Assembly: GCA_037129535.1 (NCBI GenBank)
Contig: JBAXUT010000003.1
Location: 7,037-71,036, forward strand
Reading direction: 5' to 3'
From: Candidatus Saccharimonadota bacterium
Lineage (GTDB): Bacteria; Patescibacteriota; Saccharimonadia; Saccharimonadales; Saccharimonadaceae
DNA: 64,000 nt
Position 1 is the stretch's first letter. Each line of letters starts with the position of its first letter. This document shows, in pieces, positions 17,361 to 27,424 of the stretch. The notes below the pieces were generated by a model. That model searched no databases. It had not been told where the DNA came from and was given only the letters and a program-made list of their open reading frames with translations. A program made the translations under genes and the position numbers.

Positions 17361-17936
17361 ATGAACAAGGCCATTATTATTCATGGCATGACAGATAGGG
17401 AAGAGTATTATGATGCTGATATGCCAGATAGTTTAAGTAACTCTCATTGGGCACCATGGTTGCAACAAAAATTATGCCAGAATGATATATTGACTCAGGC
17501 CCCAGAAATGCCGGTTCCTTATATCCCAAATTACGAGTCCTGGAAAACAGAATTTGAACGATTGTCGCCAGACGAAAACACGTTATTGGTTGGCCATAGT
17601 TGCGGCGGTGGTTTTATAGTTCGTTGGCTAAGTGATAATCCTGATAAAGTAGTTGGTAAGGTTGTTTTGGTTGCACCTTGGTTGGACATAGAAGGTGATT
17701 ATCCTGATATGTTCGATTTTGATATGCGCAGAGACATTGCGATGCAGTCAAAAAATGGTGTGGACGTGTTAGTTTCGACCAATGATGGTGTACATATGCA
17801 GACAACGCTAGCTCATCTAAAACAAGGTGTCGATGGATTCAATTATCACGAATTTGTAAATTATGGTCATTTTACGCTTCGCAACATGAAGACTCGCGAG
17901 TTTCCAGAACTATTGGATATTTGTTTAGGCAAATAA
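17361..17936 (+). CDS. alpha/beta serine hydrolase (YdeN/RBBP9-like)
   Basis: GHSCGG nucleophile elbow, ~190 aa; ATG 17361 immediately after the recA stop. Confidence 0.6.
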   Translation: MNKAIIIHGMTDREEYYDADMPDSLSNSHWAPWLQQKLCQNDILTQAPEMPVPYIPNYESWKTEFERLSPDENTLLVGHSCGGGFIVRWLSDNPDKVVGKVVLVAPWLDIEGDYPDMFDFDMRRDIAMQSKNGVDVLVSTNDGVHMQTTLAHLKQGVDGFNYHEFVNYGHFTLRNMKTREFPELLDICLGK

Positions 17937-17938
17937 TA

Positions 17939-18568
17939 ATGAAGGTAACATCCATATCTGCTCAAGTTCGGGATCAGAACCGAGTTAATGTTTCGGTCGA
18001 TGGAAGCTACCGATTTAGTTTGGATATATTTCAATTAGTTGATTTAGGTATCAAGGTCGGTGCTGAATATGACGAGGCGCAATTAATCGCGCTAGAACAA
18101 GAAAGCCAGTTCGGCAAAGTTTACGGGCGGGCACTAGAATACTGCCTAATGCGGCCACACAGTGCACGTGAGGTACGCGATTACCTGTATCGCAAGACCA
18201 GGGCCAAACGTGACAAAACAGGGGATTTGCGACCAGGTGTATCACCAGAAATAACTGCGCGAGTTTTTGATAGACTAACCGAAAAAGGCTATATTGATGA
18301 CGACAAATTTGCAAAATACTGGGTTGAGAACCGTTCGCTGACCAAAGGTGCCAGCGCGCGTAAATTGACATCGGAATTATGCACCAAAGGTGTTAGTATG
18401 TCTATAATTAGCCAACACTTGGGCGAAACCGAACGTGATGATGCAACCGAAATTCAAAAGATAATTTCAAAAAAACGCCGGGCCTACCCCGATGATCAAA
18501 AGCTAATCGCCTATCTAGCCCGACAAGGCTTTAATTATGACGATATCAAATCCGCGCTAGAATTATAG
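17939..18568 (+). CDS. recX: RecA regulator RecX
   Basis: Position after recA and a three-repeat helical pattern (ALEYCLMRPHSAREVRDYL). Confidence 0.8.
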   Translation: MKVTSISAQVRDQNRVNVSVDGSYRFSLDIFQLVDLGIKVGAEYDEAQLIALEQESQFGKVYGRALEYCLMRPHSAREVRDYLYRKTRAKRDKTGDLRPGVSPEITARVFDRLTEKGYIDDDKFAKYWVENRSLTKGASARKLTSELCTKGVSMSIISQHLGETERDDATEIQKIISKKRRAYPDDQKLIAYLARQGFNYDDIKSALEL

Positions 18569-19138
18569 TTCTTTATTGTTGACGTTGGTTGGTGTTGAAC
18601 GGAACGGGTTCATGTGGGTCATTTGTCCAGGTTTTACCATTGGTGCTAGTTTTTTGGCAGCTGATTTGACGACAATATCGTGGTTGTTTATCTCGATGAT
18701 TTGTGACCTATGGATCAACAGTCCGGCCTCGGATAGGCTTTTCATAAATCCTTGTTTTACATTAAGTTGTTGGATTGTGAAGCTATCTGAATCGATATTG
18801 TAACTTTCGACTTTACCAAGCTTGTCTTTTAGGTCATCGGTCACACCCAGGCCTATCAGCCTAAAGCCTAACTCGTAGACTTCTTTGATCTTGACGACAT
18901 CGTCGATACCTATAAATTCATCGTTACTGTCGATTATCATACCGACGTTACTAATCTCGCGGACATCGGCGATTCGTATAAAAGACGGGTTTTCGGAAAG
19001 CATTGGACCTTCAATCTCATAAGCGATAATCTTTAGATTGCTAGGGTCTATAATTGGTGTTTTTGTCACGGCCAATTGGGTGCCAGTCTGTAAGCCCATT
19101 ACGGGCATTCCTATTAATCTGTTTCCAATCAATAACAT
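18563..19138 (-). CDS. PRC-barrel domain protein (two copies), last gene of the pilus operon
   Basis: LIGMPVMGLQTGTQLAVTKTPIIDPSNLKIIAYEIEG and a second similar half. Confidence 0.5.
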   Translation of the reverse strand: MLLIGNRLIGMPVMGLQTGTQLAVTKTPIIDPSNLKIIAYEIEGPMLSENPSFIRIADVREISNVGMIIDSNDEFIGIDDVVKIKEVYELGFRLIGLGVTDDLKDKLGKVESYNIDSDSFTIQQLNVKQGFMKSLSEAGLLIHRSQIIEINNHDIVVKSAAKKLAPMVKPGQMTHMNPFRSTPTNVNNKEL

Positions 19139-19173
19139 ATTTATAGTATAAGCGTTTTTACTTTTATCTCCAA

Positions 19174-19458
19174 CTATTCTACAAAAGGATTAATTCTTCC
19201 GGTTGGCAATTCACTTGTCGCTGAATTATCGCCGCTATTTATGAGTTTTTGTATTTGTGTTTTTGTATCTTCATCGAATGAAGTTTTGTCTGTTTTGATT
19301 GCTGTATTATCATCTATTGTCTGCGTACTTTGAGTGATGATACAGTTGAGCGTCCAGATACAAAACATCGCTATAATCGACAATGCCACTATGAAAATTA
19401 CTACGTTAAATCGTATTATTTTGTCCTTGAATGAAGAGTTGCTCGTTTTATTATCCAT
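19174..19458 (-). CDS. small single-pass membrane protein in the pilus operon
   Basis: One TM helix; position downstream of the pilO-like gene. Confidence 0.4.
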   Translation of the reverse strand: MDNKTSNSSFKDKIIRFNVVIFIVALSIIAMFCIWTLNCIITQSTQTIDDNTAIKTDKTSFDEDTKTQIQKLINSGDNSATSELPTGRINPFVE

Positions 19459-19461
19459 AAT

Positions 19462-20034
19462 TTACCTTGTGTATACCTCGATAGTTATTGGCTCTATAGT
19501 AACAGCATCTTTGTTGGCACGTATATTACTGAGGTTTATAGATGTGATTTGCATCTTTGGGGTTGTGGTCTCTAGTGCTTTTGTAAATTTCATTAGGCCC
19601 GAGAATGATGCAGGGCTGCCGATACCAACAACGATTTTATGAATCTTTAGTCCAATCGCTAGATTTGTCGGATCAGTTGTGGAGTTGTCTGTTGGCAAAA
19701 GATTAAAGCTGTTGATAACCAGTCCAGATTCGGAAGCGTATTTGTCGATGGTGTTTTTGGTTTGCAATTCTATGTCGTTGCTATTGGTCAGCATCGCTAA
19801 GGTTTTTTGGGCCAGGCTTTTTGTGCTTTCGTCTTTTGCTCCAATTTTTACTACTGGGGTTTCGTTTTGTTTGTCAGCTTTTGCCATCAAAACGTTGGTT
19901 TCGATTGTTCGGCTTTGAATTGCATTTTGGACAAAATAAAATCCCAGACCAATCCCGACGATCATTAATACTATAATGACTAATAGTATAGTATTGAGTT
20001 TTTTTGCCTTCATGGTGCTATCCTGCATATTCAC
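19462..20034 (-). CDS. pilO: PilO-like pilus assembly protein
   Basis: N-terminal TM helix plus a coiled region; position after pilN. Confidence 0.5.
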   Translation of the reverse strand: MNMQDSTMKAKKLNTILLVIIVLMIVGIGLGFYFVQNAIQSRTIETNVLMAKADKQNETPVVKIGAKDESTKSLAQKTLAMLTNSNDIELQTKNTIDKYASESGLVINSFNLLPTDNSTTDPTNLAIGLKIHKIVVGIGSPASFSGLMKFTKALETTTPKMQITSINLSNIRANKDAVTIEPITIEVYTR

Positions 20035-20569
20035 CGCCTTTGTGAACAGACAACGAGCAGTTAATCAATATTGGATAGTCCGGTGAGTTTCCGGCGCTGA
20101 CTATCGGAGATTGGACTTGAATGTCATAAAATAGTTTTGAATCTTTCAGGTTGGCTATCAGCTCTGGGGCCACGCTAGATGATTTTGCTCTCAGTTCTAT
20201 TTTGATAGTCTCATTGACACTTGCATTATCTAGACTTAATTTGTCGACAACCACTCCGTAGGGTAACTTTGATCCCAACTCTATTAATATATTGCCGTAA
20301 AGCATCTTGCGTTTGAATATACTTTCGGCGGTTGCGATTGTTCTGCCTATGTCTTCAGAGCTATTGTCGGCTGACATTTGAGCTGTTTTGTTTTTGATGG
20401 AGCTTTCGGCGGTCTTTTGCATATCACCAAGTAGATTGTATATTGCAAAACAAGCAATCGCCAAGAATACAGCAGTTATTGATAGGAATATAATGAAGTT
20501 GACCAGTACGATATTTGTCCTGGCGGCTTGGATTTCGTCTTTTTCATTGTTGGGTAATAGGTTTATCAT
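20018..20569 (-). CDS. pilN: PilN-like pilus assembly protein
   Basis: MINLLP N-terminus and a TM helix; overlaps pilM. Confidence 0.65.
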   Translation of the reverse strand: MINLLPNNEKDEIQAARTNIVLVNFIIFLSITAVFLAIACFAIYNLLGDMQKTAESSIKNKTAQMSADNSSEDIGRTIATAESIFKRKMLYGNILIELGSKLPYGVVVDKLSLDNASVNETIKIELRAKSSSVAPELIANLKDSKLFYDIQVQSPIVSAGNSPDYPILINCSLSVHKGGEYAG

Positions 20570-21630
20570 TTCCAGACACTTTCTGGCGGTGCTATTGCTA
20601 GGCCTGCAACTGTAATGTATCTGGATCGGAATTGTCTGTCTGGTTCGGGTAGATCTCCAAAATCAAGCTTTTGCCACGGGCTAGCTACGCGGGCGGGCAT
20701 AACTAGTTGGTTGGTAAAATATTCGCCTAGCCCTGGCATATTGCTGCCACTACCAACTACTAGTAGTTGCTCTAGTTTTTGATCATCGCTGATACGCTCG
20801 TTGTAGTAACGGATGATTTTGCGGGTCTCGTCGATGATCATTTTAAGGGTTGTTTCTGTCGCTTTGGTTATTTTTTCTTGACGAGGTCCGGCACTTAATC
20901 CGTTGAATATTTTTAATTGGTGGGCGTTTTCGACAGCGATGTTAAACTTTTTGGCAATATCTAAAGTCAAAGTATTACCTCCGACTGCTGTCCCACCAGT
21001 GACTCTGATGATCGAATTGTCGATAACTGCAATGTCGGTATTGGCTGGGCCTATGTCTACCACAATCGTCGGCAGGTTACCTTCTTCGGTCTTTGCCAGT
21101 AATCTAGCCACCGAGCTAATACTCGGTTCGATGAATACAACTTCTAGCCCGGCGCTTTCGGCCGCTGCCTTGCACTTGTCTACGATAGTCTTGGGTATGG
21201 CGCTCATTAGAACGGTAAGTTCTTTTTGGTTGCGGTCGATAACCTCATAGTCAATATAAAGGGTCGAGGCGGGGATTGGTATATATTGGTCTACTTCCAA
21301 ATCAACGGCATCTTTGAGAGATTTTTCGACGCTTATAGGTAGGTTAAATGTGCGCGAATATGTCCGGGCGGTAGGTAGGCTAATGGCAACACAGCTGCCT
21401 GGAAGTCCACCAATGACAGATTTTTCTATCAATAGTTTGATGCTTTCACCTAGGTATTTGCTGTTTCCGTCAATAGATTCTTTGACTTTTGCTGGGTCTA
21501 GATCTAGCGAACCATAGCCAATAACAAGCCATTTTTTTGTGTCTATGGCCATAATTTTGATACCAGTGCTGCTGATATCAAGTCCGATAATTGGTTTGTC
21601 TTTATGAAATAATCTTGTCATGGTGCCCAC
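20566..21630 (-). CDS. pilM: type IV pilus assembly protein PilM (actin-like ATPase fold)
   Basis: GLDISSTGIKIMAI, VVDIGPANTDIAV. Confidence 0.85.
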   Translation of the reverse strand: MGTMTRLFHKDKPIIGLDISSTGIKIMAIDTKKWLVIGYGSLDLDPAKVKESIDGNSKYLGESIKLLIEKSVIGGLPGSCVAISLPTARTYSRTFNLPISVEKSLKDAVDLEVDQYIPIPASTLYIDYEVIDRNQKELTVLMSAIPKTIVDKCKAAAESAGLEVVFIEPSISSVARLLAKTEEGNLPTIVVDIGPANTDIAVIDNSIIRVTGGTAVGGNTLTLDIAKKFNIAVENAHQLKIFNGLSAGPRQEKITKATETTLKMIIDETRKIIRYYNERISDDQKLEQLLVVGSGSNMPGLGEYFTNQLVMPARVASPWQKLDFGDLPEPDRQFRSRYITVAGLAIAPPESVWK

Positions 21631-21678
21631 TAGTGATACTACGGTTTATTATAACATGAGCGGCATGTTGGTTACAGA

Positions 21679-22908
21679 TTATTTTATGCTTTGGGCAAGG
21701 CCTGCGATAGGCAACATTACGCTGGCAGCAATAAGTCCGACCATGCCGCCCATTATAACTATCATTACGGGTTCAATAATCGAGCTAATACTTCCGATTG
21801 CGACATCGACTTCCTCTTCATAAAATTCGGCGACTTTGACCAATATCTTGTCGGTTTGACCAGTTTCTTCGCCGACCGACAGCATCTGGGATACTATAGG
21901 TGGGAATAGCGCATTTGATTCGATGACTGATGATAATGATTTGCCATTTTTTACTTCTGCTTCGGCTTTGACAAGAGCGTCTTCATAAATTACATTGCCG
22001 ACTGCTCTGGACGTGACTGCTATCGCCTCTAGCACTGCTACGCCAGCTTCGATTAGTGCCGAGAACGTCCTGGCAAAGCGTGCGATTGCCAGTTTTACAA
22101 TGATTTTGTTTAGGCCGGGTATTTTTAGTAGCAATCGGTGAAATTTGCGTCGGCCATTGGCGGTTCTGATGTATGCTGAAACTCCATAGATTATCGCTAC
22201 CAGCCCAATCAGTATTAAATACCAAAAAGATATAATAAAGTTGCTGGTTGCTAACATAAAAATGGTAATATCTGGGAGTTTTGCATCGGCACCGCCTAGG
22301 TCTGTCAAGATTTTGCCAATTTGAGGCACGATAAATATCATCAATCCAAAGAATGCCAAAACGGTGATAGATAACAGGACTAGTGGGTAGGCCATAGAGC
22401 TTTTAATTTTTTTGCGCATTGTCATTGTTTTTTCTTGTTGGGCGGCTAGGCGCTTGAGTATTTCATCTAATATACCAGCCGATTCACCAGCGCGGACCAT
22501 ATTGACATATACATCATTGAATGTGTTTGGATATTTTGAAACTGCATCACCCAAAGAAGCTCCGGCTTCAATATCATCGACTATATTGATGAGAATTTTT
22601 TTAAGCACTGGGCTTTCGGATATGTACTCGGATAATGCCGAAAGGGCACGCAGTAGAGGTATGCCCGCGCCGACCATTGCGCTAAGCTGACGGGTAAACA
22701 TCACTAGGTGATCGGATCTGACCTTGTTGCTGCCGAATATATTATTGAGGTCTATTGTTGTGATGCCTTTCTTGGCTTCTTTGATGCTAATCGGTCGTAA
22801 TCCTTGTTTTTGCAGAGCTTTAATTACGCTGTTTCGATCGGGTTGTTCAATAGTCCCATTAACGGGTTCTCCTATATTATTGATAGATACATAAGAAAAC
22901 TTTGGCAT
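21679..22908 (-). CDS. pilC: type IV pilus platform protein PilC (GspF family)
   Basis: Duplicated T2SSF domains, three TM segments, 409 aa. Confidence 0.9.
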   Translation of the reverse strand: MPKFSYVSINNIGEPVNGTIEQPDRNSVIKALQKQGLRPISIKEAKKGITTIDLNNIFGSNKVRSDHLVMFTRQLSAMVGAGIPLLRALSALSEYISESPVLKKILINIVDDIEAGASLGDAVSKYPNTFNDVYVNMVRAGESAGILDEILKRLAAQQEKTMTMRKKIKSSMAYPLVLLSITVLAFFGLMIFIVPQIGKILTDLGGADAKLPDITIFMLATSNFIISFWYLILIGLVAIIYGVSAYIRTANGRRKFHRLLLKIPGLNKIIVKLAIARFARTFSALIEAGVAVLEAIAVTSRAVGNVIYEDALVKAEAEVKNGKSLSSVIESNALFPPIVSQMLSVGEETGQTDKILVKVAEFYEEEVDVAIGSISSIIEPVMIVIMGGMVGLIAASVMLPIAGLAQSIK

Positions 22909-22909
22909 A

Positions 22910-24691
22910 TTATTCTTTGGTCATCCTGATTACTTCTTCGATAGTAGTTTCACCACGTAGGGCCTTAATTAGACCGTCGGTCTGAAGTGTTAGCATACCT
23001 TCAGTTATAGCCTGTGCTTGTATCTCGCTACTTGTTGCACCTTTCATAATCAACTTTTGGATATTTGTAGAATTATACAGGGTCTCGTAGATGCCTATAC
23101 GGCTGACATAACCACCAGTTGCCCCACTGGCGTTGTCTTTGTCGTCGGCTGACCATAATATATTAATACCGTTTTCGTCTGTGCTTAGTGGTGTGTCACC
23201 ACCGATTCCTTCGGCAGCGGCTTGTTTTTCTAGCTCGTGGATGTATCGGAAGTCTTGGTCTGGCCGTAGATTGAACATCTTGACTATCATTTGCTTTTCT
23301 TGGTCGGTTGGCTGGTAGTTTTTGCGGGTTTTTGGATTGAGTTTGCGAACTAGTCGCTGACCGATGACAACTCTGACGGTGCTGGCAATTAAAAATGGCT
23401 CGATATTCATATCTAATAGTCTGGGCAGACAGGTGGCGGCATCATTGGTATGTAAAGTAGTAAAGACCAGGTGTCCGGTTAAAGCGGCTTGGACGCTAAG
23501 GTCGGCCGTCTCGCTGTCGCGAATCTCTCCTACCATTATAATATTAGGGTCTTGGCGTAGTAGCGCGCGCAGGCCATTGGCAAAAGTCATACCAGCTTTG
23601 GTGTTGGTCTGGGTTTGATTGACTCCAGGAATTTTGTATTCAACAGGGTCTTCGATGGTAGATATATTGACGTTTGGTGAATTTAGTGTTGATAAAATAC
23701 TAAATAAGCTAGTTGATTTGCCGCTACCGGTCGGTCCAGTTATTAATATCATACCGTTTGGATTAGTAATCGCATCTTTGACAAGATTAAGAGACGTGCC
23801 CCAGTAGCCTAGTGATTCTAGCGTCATCGCCTTGTTAGACTCGTCCAATATGCGCATGGCTATTTTTTCGCCATCTGCTACTGGCAGAGTGCTGACGCGC
23901 AGAGCATATTGTTTGCCAGCGACAGTAATCTTGAAGCGGCCATCTTGTGGAACACGATGTTCATCAATCTTTAGGTTGCTAAGGATTTTAATACGGCTGA
24001 TTAACGCCCCAATAACAGATTTTGGTAAGCGATTTACTTCACGTAGCATTCCATCGATGCGGTATCGGACTTGCACGTAACCTTCGCGAGGTTCAATGTG
24101 TATATCACTGGCGTTTGATCTGATGGCGTATTCCAGTAAGATGTTGACTGTTTGAGCGATGGGTGAATCTTCGTCTATTTCTTTGACTGCTATTTTGGTG
24201 TTTTCGGTGTCGTCAGTAGATTGGATATCTATAACTTCGCTAAGCTCATTGTTTACATCGCCATGATAGGCTTCCAGGGCGGCTAGGATATTTTGGGTGG
24301 TGGCAATGTAGATTTTAGTATTAGTGCCGATTTCCTTTTCCAGAAAGTTTACCGCCTGGACGTCATCTGGATCGTCCATAGCCAAGTGATTCAGCCCATC
24401 CGGGTCGATTTTGAATAATATCGCATTGTATTGTCTGGCGACCTGTTCAGGTATTTTGCTTAATATATCAGATGGTATTTCTTGAGGATTTAACTCTATG
24501 TAGGGTATTTGTGAATATTCGGCGAATGCTTTTGCTAGTGATGTTTCATCGACCATCTTATTTTCTATTACTAGGTCTTGGATTGGCCTATTCGAACGAG
24601 TCGCCTCTTGTTTCAAGGCGTCAATTTGCTCAGCAGTGGCAATACCACTACGGGTGAGCAGCTTTTCGATGGTAATATTTGAAATACGCAT
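22910..24691 (-). CDS. pilB: type IV pilus assembly ATPase PilB (GspE family)
   Basis: N-terminal T2SSE_N-like domain, Walker A GPTGSGKST, Asp/His boxes, 593 aa. Confidence 0.9.
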   Translation of the reverse strand: MRISNITIEKLLTRSGIATAEQIDALKQEATRSNRPIQDLVIENKMVDETSLAKAFAEYSQIPYIELNPQEIPSDILSKIPEQVARQYNAILFKIDPDGLNHLAMDDPDDVQAVNFLEKEIGTNTKIYIATTQNILAALEAYHGDVNNELSEVIDIQSTDDTENTKIAVKEIDEDSPIAQTVNILLEYAIRSNASDIHIEPREGYVQVRYRIDGMLREVNRLPKSVIGALISRIKILSNLKIDEHRVPQDGRFKITVAGKQYALRVSTLPVADGEKIAMRILDESNKAMTLESLGYWGTSLNLVKDAITNPNGMILITGPTGSGKSTSLFSILSTLNSPNVNISTIEDPVEYKIPGVNQTQTNTKAGMTFANGLRALLRQDPNIIMVGEIRDSETADLSVQAALTGHLVFTTLHTNDAATCLPRLLDMNIEPFLIASTVRVVIGQRLVRKLNPKTRKNYQPTDQEKQMIVKMFNLRPDQDFRYIHELEKQAAAEGIGGDTPLSTDENGINILWSADDKDNASGATGGYVSRIGIYETLYNSTNIQKLIMKGATSSEIQAQAITEGMLTLQTDGLIKALRGETTIEEVIRMTKE

Positions 24692-24736
24692 ACTGCTTAC
24701 GCTCTATTGTAATCTACAGATTAAAAAAGCGCTAGG

Positions 24737-24745
24737 TGCTATAAT
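24737..24745 (+). promoter_or_regulatory. extended -10 (TGCTATAAT) 5 nt before ATG 24751
   Basis: TGnTATAAT with no Shine-Dalgarno. Confidence 0.5.
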
Positions 24746-24750
24746 ATTTT

Positions 24751-25212
24751 ATGATGTTTTTAGACGTTATCAATGAAGATAAAATGAAAGAATTTGGCCA
24801 GTACTTAGGCAGCTTTTTAATTGGCGGTGAAATTATCGAATTAATTGGTGATGTTGGAGCTGGCAAGACTACATTGGCCAAAGGTATTGCAATTGGTTTA
24901 GAAGTTAGCGAATATGTTCAAAGCCCTAGCTTCACGATTAGTCGTGTATATGATGGGCGGGATGACCTAAAGCTAGCGCACTATGATTTTTATAGGCTAA
25001 ATGACGCGGGAGTTATGGCCGATGAATTATCCGAGACTATGGCAGATAAAAAAATAGTCACGCTTATTGAGTGGGCTGATGTTGCTAGCGGGGTTTTGCC
25101 TGTCGATAGATTATCAATCATGATTAGCGCAATTGACGAAAACTCGCGCAAAGTTGAAATCAAAGCTGGTGGCGAAATTAGTAGTAAGTTGTTAGGAAAG
25201 TTGCAAAGATGA
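24751..25212 (+). CDS. tsaE: tRNA t6A37 biosynthesis ATPase TsaE
   Basis: GDVGAGKTTLAKG P-loop and HYDFYRL motif. Confidence 0.85.
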   Translation: MMFLDVINEDKMKEFGQYLGSFLIGGEIIELIGDVGAGKTTLAKGIAIGLEVSEYVQSPSFTISRVYDGRDDLKLAHYDFYRLNDAGVMADELSETMADKKIVTLIEWADVASGVLPVDRLSIMISAIDENSRKVEIKAGGEISSKLLGKLQR

Positions 25213-25595
25213 TCTTGTTGTTAGATACCAGCACACCTGTTTGTCGATTAGCTTTAATCGATGCTGGCCAGAAACGAGAATTTGATTGGGAGTCAAACAG
25301 GGAATTAGCAAAAGGCTTATTGGGTTATTTGGACAAAACAATGAAATCTATTGGTAAAACCTGGGTGGATATTTCGGCGATTGGTGTTTTTGAAGGCCCT
25401 GGTAGCTTTACAGGTCTAAGAATCGGCATCACCGTTGCTAATACGATTGCAGATGCTCAGAATATACCAATTGTTGGTGGACGCGGTGATGATTGGCAAA
25501 CGATAGTGTTGTCAAAATTAAATGCGGGTGAAAATGAAAAGTTAGTCTTGCCATTTTATGGTGGCGAGGCAAATATAACGGTCCCGCGAAAATAA
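25209..25595 (+). CDS. tsaB: TsaB-like protein, short form (N-terminal ASKHA half only, 128 aa)
   Basis: LLLDTSTP...GPGSFTGLRIG; overlaps the tsaE stop. Confidence 0.7.
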   Translation: MILLLDTSTPVCRLALIDAGQKREFDWESNRELAKGLLGYLDKTMKSIGKTWVDISAIGVFEGPGSFTGLRIGITVANTIADAQNIPIVGGRGDDWQTIVLSKLNAGENEKLVLPFYGGEANITVPRK

Positions 25596-25600
25596 CTATC

Positions 25601-25719
25601 GTCCAATCTATTTAAGTTATTCCAACAGCACACTCTACGTGTGGCGCTTGCGCCAGCACGTGGCGTTCGGCTGCGAACAAGTTCGCACAGTCTGTTGGGA
25701 TAACTTAAATAGGCTGGAC
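25601..25719 (+). repeat. palindromic intergenic element, family 2, copy B
   Basis: The ~28-bp outer stem pairs GTCCAATCTATTTAAGTTATTCCAACAG with CTGTTGGGATAACTTAAATAGGCTGGAC. Inner hairpins are GGCGC-TT-GCGCC and GCGAAC-AA-GTTCGC. The core 25628-25675 is shared with copy A. Confidence 0.6.
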
Positions 25720-25908
25720 AGCATTGGCTTCAAAAATTAGGTTGCGCGCAGTGGGCAAAAAAGGTTACTATAGAAACAGTCCAATATTAGGACATTTGAA
25801 TAATTTTAATTTTTTTGAAAACAACGCCGTAAAATTACTGAATTTTGTTAACAAGCATTTCTATACTCGTAAATAAACAACAGGATTCTCGGCGCGGAAA
25901 GGATACAT

Positions 25909-27396
25909 ATGATAGAGATTATTATCGCTGTAATTGCGGCTTTTGCTGGCGTTGGCGGAACAATCGTATACGAACGACAAAGGCAGGCTAGTGGCAAAGC
26001 CAAAATGGACAAAGATATCGCGGCTGCCAAAACAAAGGCCAGTGACATTATATTAAAAGCCAAAGATGAAGCGATGGAAATCGAGAACGAACGTCGCAAA
26101 GAACAAAAACGTATCGAGTCTCGCTTGACCGAGCGTGAGACGAACTTGGACAAAAAACTAGACGACCTAGACAAGCGGTCCGAAAGACTTCGCGCCCAAG
26201 AACGCGATGTCGAAGAGCTTAAAAATGAAATTCGCGATATTCGCACCAAGCAGCAAGACAAACTGGAAAAGATTGCCAAGCTTGATAAAAAAGAAGCCGC
26301 TTCAAAATTAATGGAGATGACCGAACGCGATATTAAACAAGATTTGATAGGTTTGGTTAATAAATTGCAAAACGATGCCAAAGAAGATGCCGAAGAATTG
26401 GCTGCTACTATTTTGGTTACTGCAATGGAACGTATGTCATCCGAAGTTACTGCTGAACGCACAATTACAGCCATTAAATTAGCTGACGAAGAAATGAAAG
26501 GCCGAATTATTGGTAAAGAAGGCCGTAATATCCAGTCATTGCAACGTGCAACAGGTGTAGATATCTTGGTTGATGATACCCCAGGTATGATTGTTTTGAG
26601 TTCATTTGATCCAGTCCGTCGTCAAATCGCTAGAATGTCATTGGAAATGTTAATGAAAGATGGCCGAATCCATCCAGGTCGCATCGAAGAAGTTGTTGCC
26701 AAAGCCGAAACCGAAATTAATAAAGAGATTAACCGTGCCGGTGAAGATGCAGCTAGAGAAGTTGGTATTGTTGGTATACCAAAAGAAATGCTGCGCCTAC
26801 TGGGTGAATTAAAATTCCGCACCAGTTATGGCCAAAACGTATTGATGCACAGTGTGGAGATGGCTCATATGGCTGGATTAATTGCTGAAGAAATTGGTGC
26901 CGATGTTCGTATCGCTAAAACTGCAACATTACTACATGATGTTGGCAAGGCTGTCACTCACAAGATTGAGGGTAAGCATCACGTTATTGCTGGTGAATTG
27001 GCCAAAAAATATGGTATGAGTGAAGAAATCGCCCATGCGATTAGCGCCCATCATGACGATGTAGAGGCTACGACACCTGAAGCATTGGTAGTCCGAGTCT
27101 GTGACTCATTATCAACCGCCCGACCAGGTGCTCGTAATATTAGCTCTGAGAACTTTGCCGAACGTATGCGCGATCTAGAAAATATTGCACTTGGATTCAA
27201 CGGTATAGACAAAGCCTATGCAATTAGTGCTGGTCGCGAAGTTCGTGTCATGGTCAGTCCAAAACAAATCGATGACCTGTCGGCTATCAAATTGGCTCGC
27301 GATATCGCAGTCAAGATTGAAAGCACAATGCAATACCCAGGCACCATCAAGGTTAATGTGATTCGAGAAACTCGCGCAATTGAGTTCGCAAAATAG
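25909..27396 (+). CDS. rny: ribonuclease Y
   Basis: N-terminal TM helix, long Lys/Glu coiled coil, KH domain (GRIIGKEGRNI), HD domain (LLHDVGK). Confidence 0.92.
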   Translation: MIEIIIAVIAAFAGVGGTIVYERQRQASGKAKMDKDIAAAKTKASDIILKAKDEAMEIENERRKEQKRIESRLTERETNLDKKLDDLDKRSERLRAQERDVEELKNEIRDIRTKQQDKLEKIAKLDKKEAASKLMEMTERDIKQDLIGLVNKLQNDAKEDAEELAATILVTAMERMSSEVTAERTITAIKLADEEMKGRIIGKEGRNIQSLQRATGVDILVDDTPGMIVLSSFDPVRRQIARMSLEMLMKDGRIHPGRIEEVVAKAETEINKEINRAGEDAAREVGIVGIPKEMLRLLGELKFRTSYGQNVLMHSVEMAHMAGLIAEEIGADVRIAKTATLLHDVGKAVTHKIEGKHHVIAGELAKKYGMSEEIAHAISAHHDDVEATTPEALVVRVCDSLSTARPGARNISSENFAERMRDLENIALGFNGIDKAYAISAGREVRVMVSPKQIDDLSAIKLARDIAVKIESTMQYPGTIKVNVIRETRAIEFAK

Positions 27397-27424
27397 TTTT
27401 ACTGGCCCATAGGAGGGCTGCTGT

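Noticed and set aside
25848-26474. 208-aa ORF on the minus strand
   Set aside because: It lies entirely antisense to RNase Y, and its Ser/Leu/Ala-rich low-complexity translation mirrors the Lys/Glu/Asp coiled-coil codons of rny. It has no start context.
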